Shown: in pieces, positions 46,851-56,837 of the stretch
Numbering within the stretch: the first letter of the stretch is position 1
Layout: each line of letters begins with the position of its first letter
Assembly: GCA_034669905.1 (NCBI GenBank)
Contig: JAXMOL010000012.1
Span: 32,001-96,000 of the forward strand
Source of the DNA: Candidatus Hydrogenedentota bacterium
GTDB lineage: Bacteria; Hydrogenedentota; Hydrogenedentia; Hydrogenedentales; JAEUWI01
Length of the DNA: 64,000 nt
Direction: 5' to 3'
Position numbers and translations under genes: made by a program
Notes under the pieces: model-generated
Told to the model about the DNA's origin: nothing
Seen by the model: the letters and a program-made list of their open reading frames with translations, nothing else
Database searches by the model: none

Positions 46851-47528
46851 ATGCATATACTGGTGGTTGAAGACGATAGGAAGATTGCCGAGTTTATTTC
46901 CCGGGGCCTTCGCCAGGAAGGCTATGTGGTGGACCAGGCAGACAACGGTGTGGCTGGCTTTCACCGGGCCATGGCCGAGCAGTACGATGCCGCGGTAATC
47001 GACGTCATGCTGCCCCGACTCAATGGCCTCGATTTGATTCAGGATATGCGGCGGGAGGAGAACCTGACGCCGGTCCTCATCCTGAGTGCACGAAATTCCG
47101 TCGATGACCGGATCAAGGGATTGAAGGCTGGGGGCGACGACTATCTCGTGAAGCCCTTTTCCTTTGCCGAATTGCTGGCCCGACTGCAGGCCCTGGTGCG
47201 TCGGGCGACCGCTGTGGCCGAGCCGACGACGTTGGTGGTTCACGACCTCAGCCTCGACCTGCAGCGCCGAAGCGCGACCCGTGCCGGCCGCAACATCGAG
47301 TTGCAGCCCCGGGAATTCGCCCTCTTGGAATATCTCGTGCGCAACCGGGACCGCATCGTATCGAAGACCATGATCATGGATCAGGTATGGGGCTACGATT
47401 TTGACCCCAGCACCAACGTAGTCGAGTCGCGAATCAGCCGATTGCGCGACAAAGTTGATCGGGGCTTTGACTGCGCCTTGATTAAGACCATTCGGGGGGC
47501 GGGTTATGTTATCCAGTCTCAGGCGTAA
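46851..47528 (+). CDS. OmpR-family response regulator (CusR/CzcR-like)
   Basis: ILVVEDD, DVMLP, GGDDYLVKPF, REFALLEYL, TNVVE, IKTIRGAGY. Confidence 0.95.
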   Translation: MHILVVEDDRKIAEFISRGLRQEGYVVDQADNGVAGFHRAMAEQYDAAVIDVMLPRLNGLDLIQDMRREENLTPVLILSARNSVDDRIKGLKAGGDDYLVKPFSFAELLARLQALVRRATAVAEPTTLVVHDLSLDLQRRSATRAGRNIELQPREFALLEYLVRNRDRIVSKTMIMDQVWGYDFDPSTNVVESRISRLRDKVDRGFDCALIKTIRGAGYVIQSQA

Positions 47529-48924
47529 GGCTTTTCGCTCACTCGCCTTTCGACTGAGCCTCAACTATGCGGCCTGTTGCCTGTTGTCCATGATGGCCGT
47601 GTTCCTGGTCTCTTACCTCTTTCTCGACGCCTCGCTCCGGCGTGAAATCGACGGGGACCTCGCCAATGAGATTCCGGAATACCGATCACTACTGGCGTCC
47701 CAGAGCATCCCGATATTGGAAGACACCCTGCAGAAAGAGGCCCTGTCCGAGGGGATCGACCAGGTGTTCTTTCGGATCCTCGATCCTTCGGGCGCCATCC
47801 TTTTCGGGACCGATACCCGCTCGTGGTCGGGCCTGACGGTCGACCATGCCGCCCTCCAGTCTGCCCTGAGCGGACAGCTGGTATTTGCCGACTTCGAGAA
47901 CGAATCCGGGAATTTTACCGCCCGACTTGTTTATGGGGCCATCGCGGAGAACAAGGTGCTTCAACTGGGGGAGTCGCTCGCGGGAAACCACGGTATCCTT
48001 CGGCAGTTCAGGGAAATCTTCACGGTGGCGACGCTGGCCTTTGTGTTTTGTTCCTTGCTGGCAGGGGCCTACATGGCCCAGCGGGCCCTCTCGGGGGTGC
48101 AGCGGGTAACCGAGGCGGCGCGTTTTATCACGGCTGGCGCGTGGGAACACCGTGTGCCGGTCAGCGGAAATCAGGACGAAATCGATGAGCTCGCCGACGC
48201 ATTCAATACGATGGTGAATCGCATTGAAGTGCTCTTTCGGGAACTCCGAGATGTCACCGACGACATCGCCCATGACTTACGCACGCCGTTGATGCGCATC
48301 CGTGGAGAAGCGGAGATGGCATTGATTGAAGCGGACCACTCCTCGTTGGAGCAGGAACGTTGCGGGAGCGTCCTGGAGGAGTGCGATGAAATGTTGCAGT
48401 TCATTAACACCATGCTGGAGATTTCTCAAACAGAGGCCGGGGCCGCCCCGCTGGACTTGGAGGCGCTTTCCCTGGGGCCCCTGGTGGAAGATGTGTGCGA
48501 ACTCTTCCGCCCCGTCGCAGAAGATAAGTCCCTCACGCTGTCATGCACCCTGGAGGCGCTCCCGCCCATTCGCGGAGAGGCTTTGCGGCTGAATCGGGTC
48601 TTGGTTCATCTGCTCGACAACGCGGTGAAATACACCCCGGCGGGCGGCGAGATCGTGGTGACGGGCCAGCGAATGGGTGACGACGTGGTCGTTCAGATAC
48701 GCGACACGGGAATCGGGATCGGCAGCGATGCGCTGGGGGAGGTTTTCAATCGCTTTTACCGGGCAGACGCCAGCCGTACTACGCCCGGAAATGGTCTGGG
48801 TCTCAGTCTGGCCCGGGCGATCGTGCGCGCTCATGAAGGGGACATCACGGTCTCCAGTGTTGAAGGTGAAGGCAGCTGCTTTACGGTGCGTCTTCCGGTG
48901 GCTGGAACCGGACCCCGCCCGTAA
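47506..48924 (+). CDS. Sensor histidine kinase (2 TM, HAMP, HisKA, HATPase)
   Basis: AHDLRTPL, LLDNAVKYT, DTGIGI, GNGLGL. Confidence 0.95.
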   Translation: MLSSLRRKAFRSLAFRLSLNYAACCLLSMMAVFLVSYLFLDASLRREIDGDLANEIPEYRSLLASQSIPILEDTLQKEALSEGIDQVFFRILDPSGAILFGTDTRSWSGLTVDHAALQSALSGQLVFADFENESGNFTARLVYGAIAENKVLQLGESLAGNHGILRQFREIFTVATLAFVFCSLLAGAYMAQRALSGVQRVTEAARFITAGAWEHRVPVSGNQDEIDELADAFNTMVNRIEVLFRELRDVTDDIAHDLRTPLMRIRGEAEMALIEADHSSLEQERCGSVLEECDEMLQFINTMLEISQTEAGAAPLDLEALSLGPLVEDVCELFRPVAEDKSLTLSCTLEALPPIRGEALRLNRVLVHLLDNAVKYTPAGGEIVVTGQRMGDDVVVQIRDTGIGIGSDALGEVFNRFYRADASRTTPGNGLGLSLARAIVRAHEGDITVSSVEGEGSCFTVRLPVAGTGPRP

Positions 48925-48925
48925 T

Positions 48926-50368
48926 TCACTCGGGGTTTGTCCGTAATTCGGGGAAGGGGAACTCAGCCGAGGGTACCCGGGCTGACACCATGATCTGTTC
49001 GATTTTCGCCAGTACGTCGGGATGGGCGGTGGCCAGGTTGGTTGTTTCACCGGGGTCGTCGCGCAAATTATAGAGTTCGGTGGTCAGCCTGCCGGTTTTC
49101 TTAATGTGCTGGCGCAGGCCTTTCCAGTCGCCCATGCGCACGGCTTGTTGCCCGCCGTACGCGATGAACTCCCAGTAGAGGTAGTCATGCTTCGGCTGGG
49201 CACCTGTCCCCAGCAAGGTGGGGAGGAAGGAAATCCCGTCGATGTCGGAGGGGGCCTCCGCGCCCGCGAGGGCGGCAAAGGTCGGCAGGATATCCCAGAA
49301 GGCGGAGAGGTGGTCGGATTCAACGCCCGACGCGATATGTCCGGGCCACCGAGCGACCAGCGGTACCCGAATTCCACCTTCGAGGAGGCTGCCCTTACGG
49401 CCTCGGAAGGGGCCCGCACTGTCGAAAAAGTCGGAGTCAGCACCACCGAGCCGTTCAAAGGTGGGGCCGTTGTCGCTGGAGAAGAGCACAATGGTGTTGT
49501 CATCCAGCTTCAGGGTTTTGAGCAGGGCCATGATCTCACCAATGCCCCGGTCCATGTGGCTGATCATCGCGGCATAGCCGGCACGGGGCGTGGGGTGCTC
49601 CAGATAGCCCTTGTGCACATAATCTTCTTCGGGGAGGATGTCCCGGTAAGGGGCCACCGATGCGTCGGGCGCTTGAATGGAGAGATGGGGAATCGCAAAG
49701 GGGAGGTAGAGGAAAAAGGGTTGGGCCTGGTTGGCCTCGATAAACTCCTTGCCCCACTGGATGAAATAGTCCTGGGAATATTGGGCGCCAGTGAGGCTGC
49801 GGTCATTGCCCGGCATGGGGATTTTCTTGCCCCCTTTCCACAGGAAGCGGGGATAGTGGTTGTGGGCGTGTTCCTGGCAGAGGAAGCCGCCGAAGTCGTC
49901 GAAGCCCTGGGTTAAGGGGTCCCCCGTAGAGCCTTCATAGCCCAAGCCCCACTTGCCATAGGCAGCGGTGGCATAACCCTGCGCTTTGAGAATTTCGGCT
50001 ATCGTCAGCGCGTCGTCAGGGATAGGAGTCTGGCCACGCCACAGTCCCTGGAGTTCATCTTTGGGACGTTCTTTCATGCTGCCGTTGTTGCGCACGTAGG
50101 CGTGCCCCATGTGCTTTCCGGTCATCAGGGCACAGCGGGCAGGGGCACACACGGCCTGGCCCGTATAGTGCTGGGTGAAACGCATGCCTTCGGCGGCGAG
50201 CTGGTCGATGTGCGGTGTCTTGATGCGATTCTGCCCATAGCAGCCCAATTCTCCATAGCCCAGATCGTCCGCCAGGATATAAACAATATTCGGGGGTGCC
50301 GCGTGTAGCCTTTGGAGGGGGCACAGGATGGCGGATAAGAGGAGCAGGCAAAGTAATCTGTGTCGCAT
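48926..50368 (-). CDS. Arylsulfatase-family sulfatase
   Basis: Signal peptide, [37 protein letters not shown]. Confidence 0.92.
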   Translation of the reverse strand: MRHRLLCLLLLSAILCPLQRLHAAPPNIVYILADDLGYGELGCYGQNRIKTPHIDQLAAEGMRFTQHYTGQAVCAPARCALMTGKHMGHAYVRNNGSMKERPKDELQGLWRGQTPIPDDALTIAEILKAQGYATAAYGKWGLGYEGSTGDPLTQGFDDFGGFLCQEHAHNHYPRFLWKGGKKIPMPGNDRSLTGAQYSQDYFIQWGKEFIEANQAQPFFLYLPFAIPHLSIQAPDASVAPYRDILPEEDYVHKGYLEHPTPRAGYAAMISHMDRGIGEIMALLKTLKLDDNTIVLFSSDNGPTFERLGGADSDFFDSAGPFRGRKGSLLEGGIRVPLVARWPGHIASGVESDHLSAFWDILPTFAALAGAEAPSDIDGISFLPTLLGTGAQPKHDYLYWEFIAYGGQQAVRMGDWKGLRQHIKKTGRLTTELYNLRDDPGETTNLATAHPDVLAKIEQIMVSARVPSAEFPFPELRTNPE

Positions 50369-50431
50369 GGCGAAACCTCATTGCGTGTTGCCGCGGGTGA
50401 TATCGCTTCCGATGGTAGCAGAAATTGGGGC

Positions 50432-50459
50432 TAAAGTGCCGCCCGAATTCTGCCGATTA
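50432..50459 (+). promoter_or_regulatory. Sigma28 (FliA/SigD)-type promoter
   Basis: TAAA-N16-GCCGATTA, 47 nt upstream of ATG 50507. Confidence 0.65.
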
Positions 50460-50506
50460 TAAGGGCGTACTTGGAATAACAGGCCCAATGCAGAAAGGAG
50501 GCTGAT

Positions 50507-50707
50507 ATGACTGGAGTATCTGGTTTTGTTGGCGGCGTTGGGGCCGGTGTAAGTCAGGGCCGAAACCACGGCGTTGTACAGGCGACTCATCTGAAGGAAC
50601 AGGAGCAGTCGAATGTCGGTGTGAAGGCAGCTGCGTTGCAGCTGATCCAGAGCGCCATTACAACGTCAGTGGGGACGTCCGGACGCGACCTCGACGTGCT
50701 GGCTTAG
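50507..50707 (+). CDS. Small protein, YjfB-like (putative motility protein)
   Basis: AAGGAGG RBS; AALQLIQSA...G..LDVLA ending; own promoter and downstream hairpin. Confidence 0.6.
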   Translation: MTGVSGFVGGVGAGVSQGRNHGVVQATHLKEQEQSNVGVKAAALQLIQSAITTSVGTSGRDLDVLA

Positions 50708-50725
50708 CACTCACAAATCTCCTTT

Positions 50726-50761
50726 TGAAGGAGGTGTTGCACGGATGCGACACCTCCTTCA
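50726..50761 (+). terminator. Stem-loop/terminator after small gene
   Basis: tgaaggaggtgttgca-cgga-tgcgacacctccttca. Confidence 0.65.
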
Positions 50762-50799
50762 TACCTTTTAGGCCCGACCCGCTGGAAAGGAGTGCCCAA

Positions 50800-51561
50800 G
50801 TGACATTGGCGAGCCCCATCGAAGAAGAACTCTGTGACTACACGGGCGAATCCCTCACGGTGGTTCGGGAACGCATGGGGGAGGGCATCCACCGTACTGC
50901 ACGGCTCTTTCTGGCCCATCCCGGAAGCATGGAAGATTTCTACCGGGAGACCGATGGTTATCTCTACGAGCTTTCCAATAATGACAACGATCCCTTTGTA
51001 AGTTATCTGGCCGCAAAGTTCGGGGCATGTATGGCGGGGCGCCACGTGCTCGACTATGGCTGTGGTATCGGGGTTATGGCCATGAAGTTTGCCGAAGCCG
51101 GGCTCAACGTGACCGCCTGCGATGTCAATGGGCCGAGTACTGGTTTTCTGAAGCACCGTGTGGCCGCACGGGGATGGGAAAGGGCGCTGCAGGTCGTCGC
51201 GCCTGCGGTAGCGCTCCAGCCGTCCCAACCCTATGATCTGGTGACCTGCTTTCATGTGTTGGAGCATGTGAGCAATCCCCGGGAGCTGTTGCAGTCGCTG
51301 GTTGCCTGTCTGAAGCCCGGTGGCCTCTTTTGTGGTGTGGCCCCCTTCGACATGATCTACGACGAGTTTCCGGAACACATCGAGGCCCATCGGGAGCTGA
51401 GACTGGATGCGCTGTGTGAGGAGGCGGGCCTCGCAGTCAAGGGGCGATTGGTACACAATACCTATCGGGACTCCGACGTGGTGTTGGTGCAGGCCGTCAA
51501 GCCAATTGGGCCCGGCCTGTCGCTGAAACAACCTGTGATGGCGCACTGCGCTTCGGTATAA
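50800..51561 (+). CDS. Class I SAM-dependent methyltransferase
   Basis: VLDYGCGIG, YDLVTCFHVLEHV, LKPGG; GTG after AAGGAG. Confidence 0.85.
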   Translation: MTLASPIEEELCDYTGESLTVVRERMGEGIHRTARLFLAHPGSMEDFYRETDGYLYELSNNDNDPFVSYLAAKFGACMAGRHVLDYGCGIGVMAMKFAEAGLNVTACDVNGPSTGFLKHRVAARGWERALQVVAPAVALQPSQPYDLVTCFHVLEHVSNPRELLQSLVACLKPGGLFCGVAPFDMIYDEFPEHIEAHRELRLDALCEEAGLAVKGRLVHNTYRDSDVVLVQAVKPIGPGLSLKQPVMAHCASV

Positions 51562-51650
51562 TAGGCCCGCGCAATGGGTCTGCGGTGTTGTCAAAACCCT
51601 GCATAGAGTGAATCAATGGGAGCGGCCGAGGTCGTCACGAGGTAGGTTGA

Positions 51651-53342
51651 ATGCAGGGCATGATGTCGATAGTGCAGCGTATGCTGGGTTGGACGACATC
51701 CGAACTGGAATCCCATCGTAGACTGACCCAGATTGCCCTCGCCCTGGCTGGTCTGGCCATGGTACTCCGGCTCGTATTCTGGGTCTATGCCCAGCGCTAT
51801 TGGGATGACGCCCTCATCGCCTGTTTGCATTCTGAGAATGCCGCCATGGGGCTGGGACTGACCCATGGGAGCAGCGGCGCACCCGTACACGGATTTACGA
51901 GTCCGTTGGGGGTATTGATTCCGCTTCTGGGTGATTTGATTCACGTGGGGTGGGGGATTGAGTTGCTCAAGCTGGTATCCCTACCGGCAGCGGGCCTGGG
52001 TGTTCTGATGGTCTTGGGCGTGGGCACCCACCCGAAAATACGCCTTGCTCCGCCGCTGGTGGTATTGGCCATGGGCTATGTGGCCGTGGAGCATCACCAG
52101 ATTCTATGGGGGATGGCGGGGCTGGAAACCCAATTGTCCGTTTTAGGATTGCTGGCAACCCTTTACTTTACGATTTCCCTTCGCGCGGTGCCGCTGGGGC
52201 TGGCCTTGGGGTCTTGTATGCTCGTGCGCCCGGACTTTGCCTTCCTGACGATTATTGTCGGGGCTTATGTGTTGTTGCAGTCGCCCCGGGACTTCCTTCG
52301 TGTGGCCGGTGTGGCCCTGGCCCTCTACCTGCCGTGGGTAGCATTTACAACCCTCTACTACGGATCACCCATTCCCCACACGGTGATTGCCAAGGGAATC
52401 AGCTTTGGCTGGCCCTGGCGCAGCGAAGACCCCGTGACCTTCTTCACCCTGAAACGGCATATCTGGGTGACCCTTTCTGAGCATCTTCATATTCATCTCG
52501 GGCCGGCTTTTGGCGGTCATGGTGCGGGCATTCACAAGTTCTTCACCAGCGGGCCGGAAAGCCCCATCGCCAACGGTATGTTTTTCCTGGCGGTGCTCGG
52601 TGCGCTGGTGGCCCTGGTGCGACGCCAGTGGGCCTTGTGGCCCCTCGTCGCCTTTGCCGTGGTCTATGGAATTTACTTCGTGTTTTTCGTACCGGTCCTT
52701 TACGGCTGGTATAAGGTGCCCTATACCGTGGGGCTACTGCTCCTGGCCTTGTGGGGGATGGACCAGCTGACCACGCGCATTCCCAAGCCTGCCTGGCGAA
52801 CCGGGGTGCAGGCGGCGTTTGCCACGGTTTATCTCGGGCTCTTTCTTGTCGTCTTGCCCCAGTGCTTCTACGCAGAGCGCATGATTCAGCGGCATGTCGA
52901 CAACGACGTGCGCCGCGCGGCCGGAGCCTATTTGCAGGAGCACATGGAGCCCGATGACGTGGTGGCCACAGAGGCCCTGGGCTACATTGCCTACTACAGC
53001 CGCCGTCCGGTATATGACTGGCCGGGGCTGGCGAGTTCGGAGGTGGTGGCCTGGAGTAAGCATCAGGCACCGGAAGGCCGGACGCTGGAAAACATGTGTC
53101 GCGCACTTAAGCCCGAGTTTCTGTTCCTCCGCGATTTGGAGGTGCTCTATAATTTTGAAAGTTCCGACTGGCTCGAAGAGGAATACCATGCCGTCGCGCG
53201 CTTTGAAATAGACCCGGCCGTTCGCGGGAAAATCCCCTGGGTGGAACGGAATATCGATCAGCGTTTTCGGATCTATCAACGGAAACACGCCACCGATACG
53301 GTGCCCTACGATGAATCGCTCTTTCCGAGGCGTCCTGAATGA
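51651..53342 (+). CDS. GT-C-fold membrane glycosyltransferase-like protein, paralogue 1
   Basis: YWDDALI, HGFTSPL, GLET, RPD, YYGSPIPHT..AK, DWPGLAS. Confidence 0.75.
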   Translation: MQGMMSIVQRMLGWTTSELESHRRLTQIALALAGLAMVLRLVFWVYAQRYWDDALIACLHSENAAMGLGLTHGSSGAPVHGFTSPLGVLIPLLGDLIHVGWGIELLKLVSLPAAGLGVLMVLGVGTHPKIRLAPPLVVLAMGYVAVEHHQILWGMAGLETQLSVLGLLATLYFTISLRAVPLGLALGSCMLVRPDFAFLTIIVGAYVLLQSPRDFLRVAGVALALYLPWVAFTTLYYGSPIPHTVIAKGISFGWPWRSEDPVTFFTLKRHIWVTLSEHLHIHLGPAFGGHGAGIHKFFTSGPESPIANGMFFLAVLGALVALVRRQWALWPLVAFAVVYGIYFVFFVPVLYGWYKVPYTVGLLLLALWGMDQLTTRIPKPAWRTGVQAAFATVYLGLFLVVLPQCFYAERMIQRHVDNDVRRAAGAYLQEHMEPDDVVATEALGYIAYYSRRPVYDWPGLASSEVVAWSKHQAPEGRTLENMCRALKPEFLFLRDLEVLYNFESSDWLEEEYHAVARFEIDPAVRGKIPWVERNIDQRFRIYQRKHATDTVPYDESLFPRRPE

Positions 53343-55090
53343 AGCGCGTCGCTGACCACATAACCGACCTGCTGATTAAGGCGTGTCAACGGGGACTCTC
53401 CCTGAAGGAAATCGACCGGGCGGAGCATCGCGTTGTCGTGCAGGCGGCCTTCCTGATTGCCGGGCTTGGCATGTTGCTTCGGGCCTTTTTCTGGGCCCAT
53501 ACCCAGCGCTATTGGGAAGATGCCCTCATTACCTGTCTCCACTCGGAAAATTTCTTTCGCGGGATTGGCCTGACCCACGTGGTGAGCGCCGACGATCCGC
53601 TCCATGGCTTCACCAGTCCCCTGAGCGTGTTGGTGCCCTTGCTCGGCGACTTGTTCCACATCGGCTTTGGCGTCGAATTCTTGAAGCTGGTCTCCATCCC
53701 CGCGTCGGCCCTATCAATCATGTACCTGTTGGCCTTAGGTTTGCACCCCAAAATCCGGCTGGCTACGCCCTTACTCCTCGTGGGAATGGGGTATCTCGCC
53801 GTCGAGCATCATCAGATCCTATGGGGTATGGCGGGTATGGAAACCCAACTGGTGGTCCTCGCGCTGCTCATGTCCCTCTACTACACCGTGAGCCTCCAAT
53901 CAATCCCACTGGGCATCTCGTTGGGAATCTGCATGCTGGCCCGGCCCGACTTTGCCTTTTGGACGGTGATTGCGGGGGGCTACATGTTGTGCAATCGGCC
54001 AAAGCAATTTCTGCGGGTGGTGGCGTGTGCCCTGGCGGTCTATCTGCCCTGGATTGCCTTTACCGTCTATTACTATGGTTCGCCCATACCCCATACCATT
54101 CTTGCCAAGGGCGTGGGCTTCAGCTTGCCGTGGCTTCAGGATGAAAACCTGGGCTTCTTCTCCATCAAGCGCCATACCTGGATGACCCTTTCCGAGCAGC
54201 TTTTCATCTACCTGGGACCGGTCTTTGGGGGCCACGGCGCGGGCATCCACAAGTTCTTTACCAACGGGCCTGAGAGCCCCATCGCCAACCTTATGTTTGC
54301 CTTTTCCGCATTGGGGACCGTAGCGATCGTGATACGACGCCAATGGGCGCTTTGGCCCTTGGCCGCCTTCGTGGTGGTCTATAGTGTCTACTATGTCTAC
54401 CTGGTGCCGATTATTTACGGCTGGTACAAGGTGCCCTTTGCGGCCGCCATATTGGTTCTTGCCCTTTGGGGGGTGCAACAAGTGAGCACCCTCATTCCCA
54501 AGCCGGTGTTGCGCACTCGCTTTCTTGCGGTGGCCGGAGCGGTCTACCTGGGACTCTTCATCGTGGTCTTACCCCGATGCTTCTATGCGGAGCGCATGAT
54601 ACAACAGCACATCGAGAATGATATCCGTCGTGCCGCCGGGGAGTACCTCAATACCCATATGGACAAAGACGAGGTCGTCGGGGCGGAAGCCTTGGGCTAC
54701 CTGGCCTACTACTCCCAGCGAAAGGTCTATGACTGGCCCGGACTGGCGAGCCGGGAAGTGGTCGCCTGGAGCACCGACCAGCCCCTTGCCCGTCGTTCCC
54801 TGGAGAACATGTGTAAGGATTTGCGACCGGACTATCTTTTCTTACGGGACCTGGAAGTCCTGTATCATTTCGAATCGACCGACTGGCTGCGAGAGGGGTA
54901 TGAGGTGGTGAAGATTCTCGCCGTGGACCCGGCGATTAAGCCGGAGATTCCCTGGATAGAACGCAGTGTCGATCCGATATTCCGCATTTATAAAAGGATT
55001 CATCCCGAAGTGGGCCCCTCGCCTGCGGCCCTGGCCTTTCCGGAACGGCCCCCGGAAACGGCGGAACCCGTGACAAACGAAGAGAGCTGA
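53339..55090 (+). CDS. GT-C-fold membrane glycosyltransferase-like protein, paralogue 2
   Basis: Same motifs with YWEDALI; ATGA overlap. Confidence 0.75.
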   Translation: MKRVADHITDLLIKACQRGLSLKEIDRAEHRVVVQAAFLIAGLGMLLRAFFWAHTQRYWEDALITCLHSENFFRGIGLTHVVSADDPLHGFTSPLSVLVPLLGDLFHIGFGVEFLKLVSIPASALSIMYLLALGLHPKIRLATPLLLVGMGYLAVEHHQILWGMAGMETQLVVLALLMSLYYTVSLQSIPLGISLGICMLARPDFAFWTVIAGGYMLCNRPKQFLRVVACALAVYLPWIAFTVYYYGSPIPHTILAKGVGFSLPWLQDENLGFFSIKRHTWMTLSEQLFIYLGPVFGGHGAGIHKFFTNGPESPIANLMFAFSALGTVAIVIRRQWALWPLAAFVVVYSVYYVYLVPIIYGWYKVPFAAAILVLALWGVQQVSTLIPKPVLRTRFLAVAGAVYLGLFIVVLPRCFYAERMIQQHIENDIRRAAGEYLNTHMDKDEVVGAEALGYLAYYSQRKVYDWPGLASREVVAWSTDQPLARRSLENMCKDLRPDYLFLRDLEVLYHFESTDWLREGYEVVKILAVDPAIKPEIPWIERSVDPIFRIYKRIHPEVGPSPAALAFPERPPETAEPVTNEES

Positions 55091-55097
55091 ACGTACC

Positions 55098-56837
55098 ATG
55101 ATTGACTACACCATTGGCATACTCCGCAACCGCCTGAAGCTGGAAGAGGTCGACCAGGAGGAAAACCGCTTCCTCGTGAAAGCGGCCCTCATTATCGCCG
55201 CCGTCGGCATGCTCCTTCGCATCGTTTTCTGGATCTATACCCAGCGCTATTGGGAAGACGCCCTGATTACCTGTCTTCACTCCGAGAACATGGCGCGGGG
55301 CTTCGGCCTGACCCATGTGCGCCCGGGGGAACCGCCCCTCCATGGGTTTACCAGTCCCCTGAGCGTATTGGTTCCGCTCATCGGCGATCTCATCAAGGTG
55401 GGGTTTGGCGTGGAGTTCCTGAAGTTGGTCTCCATCCCGGCGAGTGCCCTGACCGTTTTCTATATGCTCGGAATCTGTATTCACAAGCAGGTGAAGCTCT
55501 CCGCGCCCCTCGCCATTATCGCCATGGGCTTTGTGGCCGTGGAGCACCACCAGATGCTTTGGGGCATGGCGGGTATGGAGACCCAACTCGCCGTCTTGAT
55601 CCTGGTCATGTCGGTCTACTACACCATGACCCTCAACGTCGTACCCCTGGGGATATCGTTGGGCCTCTGCATGCTGGCCCGACCGGACTACGCCTTTTGG
55701 ACCATCATCGTGGGAATCTATGTGTTGGCGCGCCAGCCCAAATCCTTCCTCAAGGTCGTGGGGGTTGCCGTGGCGGTTTATCTGCCCTGGATAATTTTTA
55801 CCACGGCCTATTATGGATCGCCCTTGCCCAACACCATTATGGCCAAGGGACTCGGTTATACGAAGTGGTGGGAAAAGGTCGAGGTGGTGGATCTCTTCGC
55901 CATCAAGCGGCACACCTGGCTCGTCTTGTCGGAACAACTCCACGTGCACTTGGGGCCCATGTTTGCCGGCCATGGTGCCAGTCTGCATCTATTTTTCACC
56001 AACGGACCCGAAAGCCCCATCGCGAATCTCATGTTCTTCTTCGCGGTGGTGGGCACCCTTGTGATCGCGCTTAAACGGCAGTGGGTACTATGGCCCCTCG
56101 TGGCCGTTGTGGTGGTCTATAGCGTCTATTACATCTACCTCGTTCCGGTCATCTTCGGCTGGTACAAGATGCCCTATATCGCCACCCTCCTGATCCTGTG
56201 CCTCCGCGGTATCCAGTCCATCACGTCCTGGATTCGGAGCCAGACCTGGCGCACCCGTCTGGAAACGGGCTATGCCGTGGTATACCTCGGGCTTTTCATC
56301 AGCGTATTGCCCATCAGCTTTTACACCGAGCGGATGATTCAGCATCACATCGAAAATGACGTGCGGATGGAAGCGGGCCTCTATATCAAGGCGCATATCC
56401 AGCCCGATGAAGCGGTGGGCTGTGAGCCCTTGGGCTACATGGGCTACTACTCCGGCGCCAATATCTACGACTGGCCCGGTCTCGCCAGCCGCACCGTGGT
56501 GGCCTGGAGTGAACAACAACCCCCGGAACGCCGCTCGCTGGAAAATATGTGCAAGGATTTACAGCCCGAGTACCTGTTTCTTCGCGATATGGAAGTGCTC
56601 TATCACTTTAAGTCGAACGACTGGATCAAAGAGAACTACCACGTGGTCAAGGTCTTTCAGGTGGACCCCGAGAAGGCCGATAAGATTCCCTGGCTCGACC
56701 GGAATGTGGACACGGTGTTCCGCATTTACAAGAAGAACAGCCCCGACGACGATCTGCCCTACGATGCCGATCTCTTTCCTACGAAACCGGGGGAGCCGGT
56801 GACGGATCTTCCGGCGACCTGGTCCCATAGTACCTGA
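55098..56837 (+). CDS. GT-C-fold membrane glycosyltransferase-like protein, paralogue 3
   Basis: Same motifs with YWEDALI, YYGSPLPNT. Confidence 0.75.
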   Translation: MIDYTIGILRNRLKLEEVDQEENRFLVKAALIIAAVGMLLRIVFWIYTQRYWEDALITCLHSENMARGFGLTHVRPGEPPLHGFTSPLSVLVPLIGDLIKVGFGVEFLKLVSIPASALTVFYMLGICIHKQVKLSAPLAIIAMGFVAVEHHQMLWGMAGMETQLAVLILVMSVYYTMTLNVVPLGISLGLCMLARPDYAFWTIIVGIYVLARQPKSFLKVVGVAVAVYLPWIIFTTAYYGSPLPNTIMAKGLGYTKWWEKVEVVDLFAIKRHTWLVLSEQLHVHLGPMFAGHGASLHLFFTNGPESPIANLMFFFAVVGTLVIALKRQWVLWPLVAVVVVYSVYYIYLVPVIFGWYKMPYIATLLILCLRGIQSITSWIRSQTWRTRLETGYAVVYLGLFISVLPISFYTERMIQHHIENDVRMEAGLYIKAHIQPDEAVGCEPLGYMGYYSGANIYDWPGLASRTVVAWSEQQPPERRSLENMCKDLQPEYLFLRDMEVLYHFKSNDWIKENYHVVKVFQVDPEKADKIPWLDRNVDTVFRIYKKNSPDDDLPYDADLFPTKPGEPVTDLPATWSHST

